From a virus (Duplodnaviria > Caudoviricetes), in IMG/VR virus record IMGVR_UViG_2844496579_000002, positions 1 to 64,000 of that record: a stretch of DNA of 64,000 nt; one strand, written 5' to 3'. The stretch's first letter is position 1. The number at the start of each line of letters is the position of its first letter. Below, one piece after another: positions 18,475 through 27,671 of the stretch. The notes under the pieces were generated by a model that searched no databases, had not been told where the DNA came from, and was given only the letters and a program-made list of their open reading frames with translations. The position numbers and the translations under genes are program-made.

Positions 18475-18783
18475 CGGTATCTCCAGGTTCATGAAAATGC
18501 CTGAGCCGGGAGGGCTGGCATTCAGATAAATCTGGTCTGCATCGCCCCTGACGGTTCCAGTTCGCAATACAGACTCGCGGCTCTGTCGGCTCAGGGGTTC
18601 TCCGCTAACTACCCCTTCATCGCGTCCACCCAATTCCAGCTTGGGCTAGGCATTCCTCTTTCGACTTCACCCTCGGATCTGGCTAACCAGGTACGTCAGG
18701 TCACGCATGGGCTTGCGGTACTTCTCTGCATCCGACCCGTTACTTGCTGGCCTGCGGCCTAAGCGGTGTGAGTGCATGGGAGA

Positions 18784-18825
18784 ACAATAGCATCCGCTAT
18801 CGCATTGGGTCAATAGCATTTGCTA
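18784..18825 (-). promoter_or_regulatory. pL/OL of prophage 2
   Basis: Operators TAGCATCCGCTA (18788) and TAGCATTTGCTA (18814) around TTGACC/TATTGT on the minus strand. Confidence 0.75.
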
Positions 18826-18843
18826 AGATTTTTCCGTTGGACG

Positions 18844-18866
18844 TAAAAAAGCCGCCCGGAGGCGGC
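18844..18866 (-). terminator. Terminator of the cI-lipoprotein transcript
   Basis: GCCGCC stem plus T6 on the minus strand. Confidence 0.7.
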
Positions 18867-18884
18867 AATTCAGCGGCTTAAAGC

Positions 18885-19520
18885 TTATCTACTGATGCAC
18901 TGCACGTTGTTCCCGTAGCGGTTGCAAGTGGTCTGGATGGTCTGCTGAGTCGGCAAAAGGTACGGCTGTATTTGGACCGGCTGAACTCGCATAAGAGGCG
19001 CCATGATCGCCATGTTCTGAGACTGCTGTGCGGCGATTGCCGCATTTGCAGCTTGTTGGCGCTGGTCGATAGCGGCGTAGCTTGCCTCGGCTTCGGCGCC
19101 GAGCCTGGAGGCCGCCGTATTGAATTGACCAATGGTGATCTGATCCTGATAAAGCCCGGCGCGAAGGATTTTCATATCAGCCCGCATCTTCCCGTAGACA
19201 GATGAAGCCCCATTGGCAGCATACCTTGCGAGATGGGCCTGTTGCTGGTCATAGCAAGAATCAAACACCTCATACCAGACAGCAAGCGCCGCTTTTTGCT
19301 GTGCATCAAGGTGGTTCGCGTCCGACAGCTGCGGAAGGCTGGCGCTCATAGGCCGTGGAGGCATCACGGCATGAAGAGGGGCTAGCCGAACATCTTGCTG
19401 GGCTGCGCTACAGGTCTGCTCGACAGACGCGGCATCGCGCTCCGCTTGCATTTGCTGATGGTTAGCGCATCCCGCAAGAAGAGCCAGCGTTATGGCCTGA
19501 CAAGATAATCGCACAATCAT
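18885..19520 (-). CDS. Lipoprotein downstream of cI
   Basis: Lipobox LAGC; C-terminal TTCNRYGNNVQC. Confidence 0.75.
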   Translation of the reverse strand: MIVRLSCQAITLALLAGCANHQQMQAERDAASVEQTCSAAQQDVRLAPLHAVMPPRPMSASLPQLSDANHLDAQQKAALAVWYEVFDSCYDQQQAHLARYAANGASSVYGKMRADMKILRAGLYQDQITIGQFNTAASRLGAEAEASYAAIDQRQQAANAAIAAQQSQNMAIMAPLMRVQPVQIQPYLLPTQQTIQTTCNRYGNNVQCISR

Positions 19521-19583
19521 CTCGGGTCCTTTTCACTTGGGGTGAACAATTCAAGCGTAATGACGTTTCCGTCTGCGGTCCAA

Positions 19584-19964
19584 TTATGCGGCCTCTTCGT
19601 CAGAGGCGCTTCGCTTGCTGGAAGATGTCCCTAAATATGCCGCAACTTGTGCGGCAACCCACTCCTCGATGCCCTTACGTTGTGCATCCGTAAGCTTGGC
19701 CCATTCCGCTGGGGGAATTGAGGAAAATGGCCATCCGGTCGGTAGAGGCGACGAATCAGGAGGTAGGTCCAGGGTCCCGCTTGAGAGGCCTATCTTACTT
19801 TCCATGTTGCGCGCGGCACGCTCACCAAAGCTACGGTGCCCATTTATTAATTGGGATACGTAGGTCGGGTCGATCTTCTCGTGTTGACGTGCGAAAGCGG
19901 CGATGCTGCCCGCTTTTGTCACGAGCGCTCGTAGGTTCGCAACGCGGTGGGTTCTCTCTTCCAT
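19584..19964 (-). CDS. cI: CI-like repressor without S24 peptidase domain
   Basis: HTH YVSQLING, FGERAARNME; divergent from cro; 126 aa. Confidence 0.85.
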   Translation of the reverse strand: MEERTHRVANLRALVTKAGSIAAFARQHEKIDPTYVSQLINGHRSFGERAARNMESKIGLSSGTLDLPPDSSPLPTGWPFSSIPPAEWAKLTDAQRKGIEEWVAAQVAAYLGTSSSKRSASDEEAA

Positions 19965-20003
19965 AGCACCGGCATTCTGCGCAGCCCCATAGCAATCGGG
20001 AAT

Positions 20004-20040
20004 TGACATCTGCTATTGTCCTTTCCGATAGCACATGCTA
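20004..20040. promoter_or_regulatory. OR region of prophage 2
   Basis: TAGCACATGCTA (20029) and TGACATCTGCTA (20004) match the OL operators. Confidence 0.75.
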
Positions 20041-20051
20041 TCGTCGCGCTC

Positions 20052-20303
20052 ATGAACCTTACCGATTACCTCACCAGCGGGAAGAAAAGCGCGGCCGAAT
20101 TGGCGCGCGACCTCGGCGTAGCCCCGGCGCTGATCTATCAGTGGCGTACTGGGCTGCGGTCTGTGCCGCCCGAACGCTGCGTGGAAATTGACCGGGCAAC
20201 TGGTGGCGCCGTTACTCGCCGCGACCTGCGCCCCGATGACTGGCAGCGCATCTGGCCCGAGCTGGCCGACCCCGCGCCGCGGCAGGAGGCCAGCCATGCG
20301 TGA
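20052..20303 (+). CDS. cro: Cro-like (YdaS family) regulator
   Basis: HTH; TGGAVTRRDLRPDDW..IWPEL. Confidence 0.85.
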   Translation: MNLTDYLTSGKKSAAELARDLGVAPALIYQWRTGLRSVPPERCVEIDRATGGAVTRRDLRPDDWQRIWPELADPAPRQEASHA

Positions 20304-20660
20304 GATCAATGACCGCCAGAAGGCCCAGTTTGAGGCGATGCAAGCGGAAGTGGCCCGCATCCAGACAACTATTGCTCCGCGATTCTCGAGACGTTTTCGG
20401 CGAGTCGGTCTAAGTGCCGTTCTATTGCTAGCCGCATTTCTTCTCGCATCGTTGACGGGAGCATGGCTGCTTTCGCGATATTGGCCCGAGACGCGAACTC
20501 TTGCGCAAGTCTGTTTCGATGCTCTTCGGGGAGCGTCCCTATGAGAGTTTCCAACAAGATTTCCACAGCATGCAGTCGCGCTGAATCTTCCATGGCCGGT
20601 TCCTTTCCATCTGTTGCGTGTGAGAGCCAACAGTGTAAGGGGGAGGGACTGGCCGCCCAT

Positions 20661-20822
20661 TCAGTGGAAAACCCCAACAGCCATATCCCGGTTCATACGG
20701 GCCTCGTCCTGCTCGCAGCAGAGCCTACGAAAGATGTCCATCACGGCGCTTTCGGTCGGTTCTTCGAAGGCGCGCAGGGCGATGTCTTGAGCTTGGGTCA
20801 GCAGGGTTTCGGTTTCAGTCAT
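20661..20822 (-). CDS. Small antisense hypothetical protein
   Basis: 53 aa ORF with SD, opposite to the pR operon. Confidence 0.45.
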   Translation of the reverse strand: MTETETLLTQAQDIALRAFEEPTESAVMDIFRRLCCEQDEARMNRDMAVGVFH

Positions 20823-20914
20823 TTCTCGTTCTTTGTGGAGTTGCGGAGTGATTCCAGTGTGGCCGGTCCGGCCCGCAACCGCACTCAAGCGTTATTGCAG
20901 AAGGTTGTATCCCA

Positions 20915-21223
20915 ATGAACTCACCCATTCCCATCCGCATTGACATGCAAAAGCCCTCAATGGAACGCGAATTCCGCCAAGCCTTGACCGACCCCCGCAC
21001 TAAGGCGGTGGTCCGCGATGCCCTTGGTTGGGATGAAAGCCAGGTAAGCCGCTTTCTGTCTGGTGGCATGGGTATCACGATCGACAAGATCGACGCGGCT
21101 ATCGGCGCCCTGGGCGCTGTGGTGACCAGTCCCGCATACATGGACTTCCTGGCTTACGGCGCCAAGATCGGCGCGAACTGCCACTGTGCACGCGCCGGAA
21201 TGGGCGAGTGCGGAAGACACTGA
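20915..21223 (+). CDS. cII: CII-like regulator
   Basis: HTH LGWDESQVSRFLSG at the cII position. Confidence 0.65.
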   Translation: MNSPIPIRIDMQKPSMEREFRQALTDPRTKAVVRDALGWDESQVSRFLSGGMGITIDKIDAAIGALGAVVTSPAYMDFLAYGAKIGANCHCARAGMGECGRH

Positions 21224-21224
21224 C

Positions 21225-21638
21225 ATGAACAAGCCGCGCATCCGTGTCACCCCCGCCACGCGTCAGATGCTGATCCAAGCAATCCTGAACGCGCCTGATG
21301 GTCACTACGTGGCTATCCAGGAGCCGAACCGCAGCCTGAACCAGAACGCCAAGCTGCATGCCATGTGTGCGGATATCGCGGCGCAGATGACCTGGATGAA
21401 CCGCAAGCTTGGCGTTGAAGACTGGAAACGCCTGCTGGTTGATTCCTGGATGCGCGAGACAGACCGTATGCAGCTGGTGCCGTCTTTGGATGGCAAGGGC
21501 GTTGTATCCCTTGGCCAACAGACCCGCACCATCGGCGTCAAGGACATGGCCGAACTGATTGAAAGCATCCTGGCCTTCGGCGCCATGAATAACGTTCAGT
21601 GGACCGACGAGCCACATATTCCGGGGTGGGTGAAATGA
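21225..21638 (+). CDS. ninB: NinB-family recombination protein
   Basis: RSLNQNAKLHAM...DIA, MAELIE. Confidence 0.85.
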   Translation: MNKPRIRVTPATRQMLIQAILNAPDGHYVAIQEPNRSLNQNAKLHAMCADIAAQMTWMNRKLGVEDWKRLLVDSWMRETDRMQLVPSLDGKGVVSLGQQTRTIGVKDMAELIESILAFGAMNNVQWTDEPHIPGWVK

Positions 21639-21979
21639 ACTTCTTCAAGATCAAGCGCCTGCGCTCCGAGAAACACCGCCGCAATGTGGCGTCCCTGGAT
21701 TGCGTCGTGTGCGGTGCTGGTGCCCCTTCCCAATGTGCCCACGCCAATTTCGGTAAGGGCCTGGCGTTGAAGGCATGCGACTCCCAGACGTTTGCAGCTT
21801 GCCCACGTTGCCACCGCATGCATGACAGCAGCGGCATCAACAAGGAAGCGCGCCGCAAGCTGGAAGTGCAGTACGTCGACCGTACGCGCGCTGAATTGAT
21901 TTCTCGCGGCCTGTGGCCTGCCTCTGTCGAGGAAGCCTACAAGGTCGCCTATGAGCCGATGAAGAGAGCCGCAGCATGA
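21635..21979 (+). CDS. HNH-like nuclease (DUF968/DUF1364-like)
   Basis: CVVCG...AH...KACD...CPRCH. Confidence 0.7.
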   Translation: MNFFKIKRLRSEKHRRNVASLDCVVCGAGAPSQCAHANFGKGLALKACDSQTFAACPRCHRMHDSSGINKEARRKLEVQYVDRTRAELISRGLWPASVEEAYKVAYEPMKRAAA

Positions 21980-22695
21980 ACTTCTACAAGCACTACATCG
22001 GCGACTTCCAGCGCGATACGGGGCACCTGTCGCTGACGGAGCGCGGGGCTTATTTGGCCTTAATACACCACTATTACGCGACCGAATTGCCGTTGCCGAA
22101 TGACCATGGCGCGCTGTGCCGCATTGCTGGCGCGTTCACCAAGGCAGAGCAGGACGCAGTGAAGTCCGTTACCAGGTTCTTCATCGTCGTTGAATCTGGC
22201 CTGATGCACAGCCGGATCGAGGCGGAGCTTGAAAAGGCAGGCAAGCAGGCAGACACGAATCGTCGTATCGCTCAAGAACGAGAAGCCAAACGCAAAGAGG
22301 CTAGAACGTTCAACGAACAGAGCACGAATCGTGCTACGGGTCGTGAAACGGTTGGTTCAACGAACGATCAACCTAACCAGACACCAGACACCAATAAAGA
22401 AAAACATATGTCGGCTGACGCCGACCTGCCGACCCGATTTTCGGAGTTTTGGGAAAACTGGCCTGGGTCACAACGCAAGGTGGCAAAGGCTGAATGCCAG
22501 AAGCGCTGGAAGGCCAGGAGACTGGATTCCGTTGCAGACCAGATTTTAGGGCACGTCGCCGCCATGCGACAGACGAAGCAATGGCAAGACGGCTTCGAAC
22601 CTGCCCCCCTGACGTACCTGAACCAGAAGCGCTGGGAAGACGGCATTCAAGCCGACCTTGGCCCTGGTGAACAACCCTGGGAGGGCGCGCTGTGA
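21976..22695 (+). CDS. Replication initiator (YdaU/DUF1376 N-terminus); probable internal origin
   Basis: YKHYIGDF..DTGHLS..ERGAY; ACGAA-containing repeats at 22250-22370. Confidence 0.8.
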   Translation: MNFYKHYIGDFQRDTGHLSLTERGAYLALIHHYYATELPLPNDHGALCRIAGAFTKAEQDAVKSVTRFFIVVESGLMHSRIEAELEKAGKQADTNRRIAQEREAKRKEARTFNEQSTNRATGRETVGSTNDQPNQTPDTNKEKHMSADADLPTRFSEFWENWPGSQRKVAKAECQKRWKARRLDSVADQILGHVAAMRQTKQWQDGFEPAPLTYLNQKRWEDGIQADLGPGEQPWEGAL

Positions 22696-23054
22696 TCGGC
22701 CACGAAACCCTGATAGCCCTGCGGATGAAGGGCTACAAGCCGAGTTCGGTGTTCGTCAGCATCCTTCGTGGAAACCCTGACTACACCGTGTTCACCCACC
22801 CCGACATGGTCATGTCCCTGGGTGGGCAACCGGAGATTGACCTAGGGCCTGACGACTCGCCCAGGACTGCCGACTTTCGGTGCGTGGTGGGCCTGGCAGT
22901 GCACCTGGTCGGTGAAGACGAAACCCGTGTCTTGTCGGTTGCAGACAGGGTTATCCAGTTCCGCCCGCTTTGGCTTCTGGCGTCGGGGTTCAGCGATGAA
23001 TACCTGTACCGCTGGACGCCCGCTGACGGTATGAAACGCGTGGAGGCGCAATGA
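22692..23054 (+). CDS. Phage hypothetical protein
   Basis: Coupled between the initiator and the helicase. Confidence 0.6.
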   Translation: MIGHETLIALRMKGYKPSSVFVSILRGNPDYTVFTHPDMVMSLGGQPEIDLGPDDSPRTADFRCVVGLAVHLVGEDETRVLSVADRVIQFRPLWLLASGFSDEYLYRWTPADGMKRVEAQ

Positions 23055-23995
23055 ACAACGTGATCCAGATGATCACCCCGGAGACGTTCGATTTCCGGGC
23101 GTACATGGTGGAGTCCGAACCGAAGGCGAAGGTCATCTCTGCCGACGTGTGGACTGAAGACCTGGTCGAGTCCATCCGGGGCGGCCATGCTGTGACCGGC
23201 GCCAGACTCCCCTGGGCGAAGACACATGACCATCTCCGGTTTCGTCCGGGTGAGGTCACAGTCTGGCAGGGGGTGAACGGGCACGGCAAAAGCCAGTTGC
23301 TCGGCATGGCATGCATAGCATTTGCTGCGCAGGGGGAACGCATCTGCATAGCGAGTTTTGAAATGAAGCCGCTGTCGACCCTGAAACGCATGCTGCGCCA
23401 GGTGTCGATGAACGAGAAGCCCAGCGAGGCGATGGCGCGGACCTTTGGGGAATGGACCAAGGGCAAGGTGTGGCTCTACGACCAGCAGGGCACGGTCAAG
23501 CCGGAGATGATCTACGCGGTCATCCGGTATTGCTCTGCCGAACTGGGCATTAAGCACATCGTCATCGACAGCCTGATGAAGTGCGTTCGCGGCGAGGACG
23601 ACTACAACGCGCAGAAGGATTTCGTGGACATGCTCACATCCCTAGCCCGGGATCATCAAGTCCACATCCACCTGGTGCACCACGTCCGCAAGGGCGAGAA
23701 CGAGGAAAAGCCCCCCGGCAAGTTGGACTCCAAGGGCAGCGGATCCATCTCCGACCAGGTTGACCAGTTCCTGACGGTCTGGCGCAACAAGGCCAAGGAG
23801 AAGGCCCGGGATCAATGTGCCCGTATGGATACGCCTTTGCCTGAAAAGTTCGCCAACGCTCCGGACGCCATGCTCATTTGCGACAAGAACCGCCACGGAG
23901 AGTGGGAAGGCGGGATTGCGCTGTGGTTCCACGCTGGATCTTTGCAGTACGTCGCTGACAGCCGCTGCCAGCCGATCAATCTCATCGGATGTTAA
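23051..23995 (+). CDS. DnaB/T7 gp4-like replicative helicase domain
   Basis: Walker A GVNGHGKS, IVIDSL, HLVHH, KGSGSI, KNRHGE. Confidence 0.85.
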   Translation: MNNVIQMITPETFDFRAYMVESEPKAKVISADVWTEDLVESIRGGHAVTGARLPWAKTHDHLRFRPGEVTVWQGVNGHGKSQLLGMACIAFAAQGERICIASFEMKPLSTLKRMLRQVSMNEKPSEAMARTFGEWTKGKVWLYDQQGTVKPEMIYAVIRYCSAELGIKHIVIDSLMKCVRGEDDYNAQKDFVDMLTSLARDHQVHIHLVHHVRKGENEEKPPGKLDSKGSGSISDQVDQFLTVWRNKAKEKARDQCARMDTPLPEKFANAPDAMLICDKNRHGEWEGGIALWFHAGSLQYVADSRCQPINLIGC

Positions 23996-23997
23996 TC

Positions 23998-24363
23998 ATG
24001 ACCCAACTTATCCAAAAGATCGCCGACGCGCTGGCCAATGGCCGGTCGATGACCTCCAAGCAGATGGCAGACGAATTTGGGTGTGCGTTGCCGCATGCCC
24101 GGCTCCTGTCGCATCGGCTGCATAACGCCCGCCAAATCCACATCCGCGAATGGGTGCGGGTCGCAAAGGTAGGCAGATACGCCCCTGTCTACATGTGGGG
24201 CGATGCGGTCGACGCGCCGGCACCACTGTTAGAGCAGGAGAAGATCGTCAAGCAGGCCGAGACGGAATCCTACGTCACCATCGCCAAATTGCGCACCACC
24301 GTAGACCCGTCGGTATTCGACCCTTTCCGCGTGCTGCGGGCGCAGGTGGGGGGGATGGCATGA
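23998..24363 (+). CDS. Winged-helix-like hypothetical protein
   Basis: Coupled ORF in the nin-like region. Confidence 0.55.
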   Translation: MTQLIQKIADALANGRSMTSKQMADEFGCALPHARLLSHRLHNARQIHIREWVRVAKVGRYAPVYMWGDAVDAPAPLLEQEKIVKQAETESYVTIAKLRTTVDPSVFDPFRVLRAQVGGMA

Positions 24364-24995
24364 AGCAAATGGACGTGGTCCTTGATCCGATGGCGGCCAC
24401 TCAGTTTGGACGAACCCGTATGCAATGCCAGGCCAGGGGATGTGATGGGTGTTTGGTCTGCGAGCCGGAGAAGTTTCCAGTTTCGGCGAGTACCAGAGCA
24501 GTAAGCCGGCCGGTGTACTCGATATACGGTATTGACCCTGGCCCGGAGGAATCTGGCTGGTGCGTCTATCTCCCTGATCACCATCGAGTGCTTAGTAGTG
24601 GAGTCAAGAAAAATGCGGACCTTCTGCACTATTTGCAACTTGTTGACCATACGCGCATCGCCATCGAAATGATCGCTAGCTATGGCATGCCAGTAGGGAG
24701 GGAGGTATTCGAGACGTGCGTATGGATCGGTCGCTTTATCCAGGCGCTCTCCAGCTGGAAAACCGCTGAACTCGTCTACCGCAAGGACGTAAAGATGCAC
24801 TTGTGTGGGACGACTAAGGCGAAGGACAGCAACGTGCGGCAAGCCATCCTAGATCGATTCCCAAGAACAGGTGGCGGCGCGACCCCGCAAATCGGCACCA
24901 AAGCCAAGCCAGGCCCCTTGTACGGGGTCTCCAGCCACGCATGGCCCGCTCTCGGTGTGGCCCTGACCGTTCAAGCGCAAGGGGCGCAAGCATGA
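24360..24995 (+). CDS. RuvC-like resolvase
   Basis: GIDPG, IAIE motifs. Confidence 0.7.
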   Translation: MKQMDVVLDPMAATQFGRTRMQCQARGCDGCLVCEPEKFPVSASTRAVSRPVYSIYGIDPGPEESGWCVYLPDHHRVLSSGVKKNADLLHYLQLVDHTRIAIEMIASYGMPVGREVFETCVWIGRFIQALSSWKTAELVYRKDVKMHLCGTTKAKDSNVRQAILDRFPRTGGGATPQIGTKAKPGPLYGVSSHAWPALGVALTVQAQGAQA

Positions 24996-25271
24996 ATTTC
25001 TTTGAAATTGTCGGGATGATCACTACCACTGTCGGCCTCTTTGGCGCCGTCATGTGGGCCACTGGCATCTTGACGCTCGACATTGAGATCCAGGTTGACC
25101 GAGGGGATAAGTCATGAAAACCGCCACCAAGTCCAGCGAGGTCAAGCCCATGCAAGCGCGGGCATACGTCCCCAACATGCAGATGCGCCAGGTAGCCGAG
25201 AAGCTAAAAGGCATGCCACGGCTCGTATCGCTTTCGAGCAACGTCAGCCACTACCGGCAGTTGGGGGAGTG

Positions 25272-25676
25272 ATGCGAACGAACCTTGAGTTGCTTCTATC
25301 CGACTGGGGCCGACGCCAGGATATCCGGCGCGACAAGGCATTGGGCTACCCAACCGCCGCTGCGTTCTCCAAGGAGCGCGTAGACCACGATGGATGGGGA
25401 TACAGCGGGCCGGAAGCCTGCGCTGCTGATGGTGACATGCTGCGCGTAGATGTGGCAATCAACAGCCTGCACCCGGACATGCGCGTCATCATCACCGCGC
25501 ACTATGTGTGGGCTGGGCCTGTGAAGAAGAAGGCCGACATGCTCCATATGTCCAACCGCGACTACTACTACGCCCTGGAAGCGGCCCATAAGCACCTTGC
25601 GCACAACATGGGTGGCGTTTATGCCAAGGGATATGAGCCTAAATTGTGCGCACACGTTGCAGCACTGTGCGCATGA
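25272..25676 (+). CDS. Late antiterminator Q-like protein
   Basis: LLSDWG start; C-terminal HTH; followed by a pR'/tR'-like region. Confidence 0.7.
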   Translation: MRTNLELLLSDWGRRQDIRRDKALGYPTAAAFSKERVDHDGWGYSGPEACAADGDMLRVDVAINSLHPDMRVIITAHYVWAGPVKKKADMLHMSNRDYYYALEAAHKHLAHNMGGVYAKGYEPKLCAHVAALCA

Positions 25677-25787
25677 AAGTAGAGTAAAGGGTAGAGGCTG
25701 TATAGGTGACTGTGCAGCCAGCAAGCCAATGCGGAGTCACGCGCGATCAGCCGCTTATACCGGTAGCCGAAAGGCTGTGACAACCCC

Positions 25788-25819
25788 AGCCCCTGACGAG
25801 AAATCGCCGGGGGCTTTTT
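25788..25819 (+). terminator. tR'-like intrinsic terminator
   Basis: AGCCCC...GGGGCT stem plus T tract downstream of Q. Confidence 0.65.
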
Positions 25820-26155
25820 CATTTGGAGCGTGACATGGACAGACGACCGAAAGACGTTCGGCCCTGGGACATTCGTCCTTCTGCTTAACCATCAACCAAC
25901 GCGAGTATCAGACTGCCGCCTCGGGAACGCGCTTCAAGCCCGCTCCTCCACTGTCCCAAGGCGCTTACCTTGCAGGCGGCAGCCTAATACTCGCTAAGGC
26001 ACCGGAGAACACAGTGCAAGAGATCCTGGTCTTCGCGGCACAGGTCGCAGCAATCGCCGTGTGCCTCTCAATCACAGTCGTGGCCATCGCATATCCGTTC
26101 GTAAAGGCGTATCGGATTATTCGGGGTCACTGAAAGACTATCAAGGAATATCAAC

Positions 26156-26443
26156 ATGGCACGAGGCGGAGCGCGCCCCGGGGCCGGTCGAAAACCCGGC
26201 GTACCGAATCGGGTGACGGCAGACATTAAGGCGCTGGCCCAGTCTTATGGCGCCGAGGCGGTCGAAGAACTCGTCAGGATTTTGCGCAAGTCCGAGAACG
26301 ACAACGCGAGGATCGCTGCGATCAAAGAGTTGTTCGACCGTGGCTACGGGAAGGCCGCTCAAGCGGTAATCGTCAGTGGCGACGAAGAGGGTGGCCCCGT
26401 GCAATTCAGCGTTATCAAGCGGGTCATAGTCGATCCGAAATGA
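26156..26443 (+). CDS. terS: Terminase small subunit
   Basis: GGARPGAGRKPG; DRGYGKA; precedes terL. Confidence 0.75.
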   Translation: MARGGARPGAGRKPGVPNRVTADIKALAQSYGAEAVEELVRILRKSENDNARIAAIKELFDRGYGKAAQAVIVSGDEEGGPVQFSVIKRVIVDPK

Positions 26444-27669
26444 CGACGCTAGAGATCGCAACGCCTCGCGTCTACGAGCCGCTGTTGCACCCTGCGCGGT
26501 ACAAGGGCGCACACGGCGGGCGCGGATCGGGCAAGTCTCATTTTTTCGCGGAAGCCCTGATCGAAGAGTGCATCCGGTCCAAGACCGACGCGGTGTGCCT
26601 TCGCGAGATCCAGAAGTCTTTGCAGTTCTCGGTCAAGAAGCTCTTAGAGACGAAGATCGCCAGCATGAACGCGGGTGACTACTTCGACGTGCAGGACAAG
26701 GTGATCAAGTCCAGAAATGGCGGGATCATCATCTTCCAGGGGATGCAGGACCATACGTCCGATTCGATCAAGTCACTGGAAGGCTTCAAGATCGCTTGGT
26801 TTGAAGAGGCGCAGTCAGCCAGCCAGCGAAGCCTTGATTTGCTCCGTCCGACGCTTCGGGCGCCCGGCTCGGAACTCTGGTTCAGCTGGAACCCGCGCTT
26901 TGCCATAGACCCGATTGACGTGTTGCTGCGCGGAGAGAACCCGCCTCCGAATTCGGTCGTCGTAGAGGCGAACTACTCTGACAACCCCTGGTTGCCACAG
27001 GAACTTGTCGACGAGATGGAGTACGACAAGCGGCGCGACCCGGACAAGTACGCGCATATCTGGCTGGGCAAGTACCAGCAGAACAGCGAAGCCCGGGTGT
27101 TCAAGAACTGGACGGTCGAGGAATTTGAAAGACCGGCCGGGACGATCTTCCGACTTGGCGCTGATTGGGGATTCAGCGTAGACCCCTCAGTCCTGATCCG
27201 CTGCGATATCGAGGGCCATAGGCTGTATGTGGACCACGAGGCCTACATGGTGGGCTGCGAGATTGTGAACCTGCCTGAGTTGTTCATGCAGGTCCCAGAG
27301 GCTGAGAAGTGGCCAATCACCGCAGATTCAGCCAGGCCCGAGACGATCAGCCATATGAAGAAGAACGGATTCCCGCAGATCCGCCCCGCTGTCAAGGGCG
27401 CGAAGTCGCTGGAGGAGGGCGTCGAATTTCTCAAGAGCTTTGACATTGTGGTTCACCCGCGATGCAAGCACCTGATCGATGAATTGACGCTGTACAGCTA
27501 CAAGGAAGACCCGCTGACAGGCGCAATCCTGCCGATCCTGAGCGACAAAGACAACCACGTTATCGATGCCCTGCGCTATGCCTGCGAAGGCGCGCGGCGT
27601 GCCGGTAAGAAGCCGCAACGCCAGATAGAACGAAAACCCGTGAGGAACGTCGGCTGGATGGCCGCATAA
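26440..27669 (+). CDS. terL: Terminase large subunit (PBSX/Terminase_3 type)
   Basis: GGRGSGKS, WFEEA, GADWG, NHVIDALRY. Confidence 0.95.
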   Translation: MTTLEIATPRVYEPLLHPARYKGAHGGRGSGKSHFFAEALIEECIRSKTDAVCLREIQKSLQFSVKKLLETKIASMNAGDYFDVQDKVIKSRNGGIIIFQGMQDHTSDSIKSLEGFKIAWFEEAQSASQRSLDLLRPTLRAPGSELWFSWNPRFAIDPIDVLLRGENPPPNSVVVEANYSDNPWLPQELVDEMEYDKRRDPDKYAHIWLGKYQQNSEARVFKNWTVEEFERPAGTIFRLGADWGFSVDPSVLIRCDIEGHRLYVDHEAYMVGCEIVNLPELFMQVPEAEKWPITADSARPETISHMKKNGFPQIRPAVKGAKSLEEGVEFLKSFDIVVHPRCKHLIDELTLYSYKEDPLTGAILPILSDKDNHVIDALRYACEGARRAGKKPQRQIERKPVRNVGWMAA

Positions 27670-27671
27670 AT

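Noticed and set aside
25793-25803. Hammerhead ribozyme core (CTGACGA-GAAA)
   Set aside because: No stem II between the motifs; it lies within a terminator hairpin.
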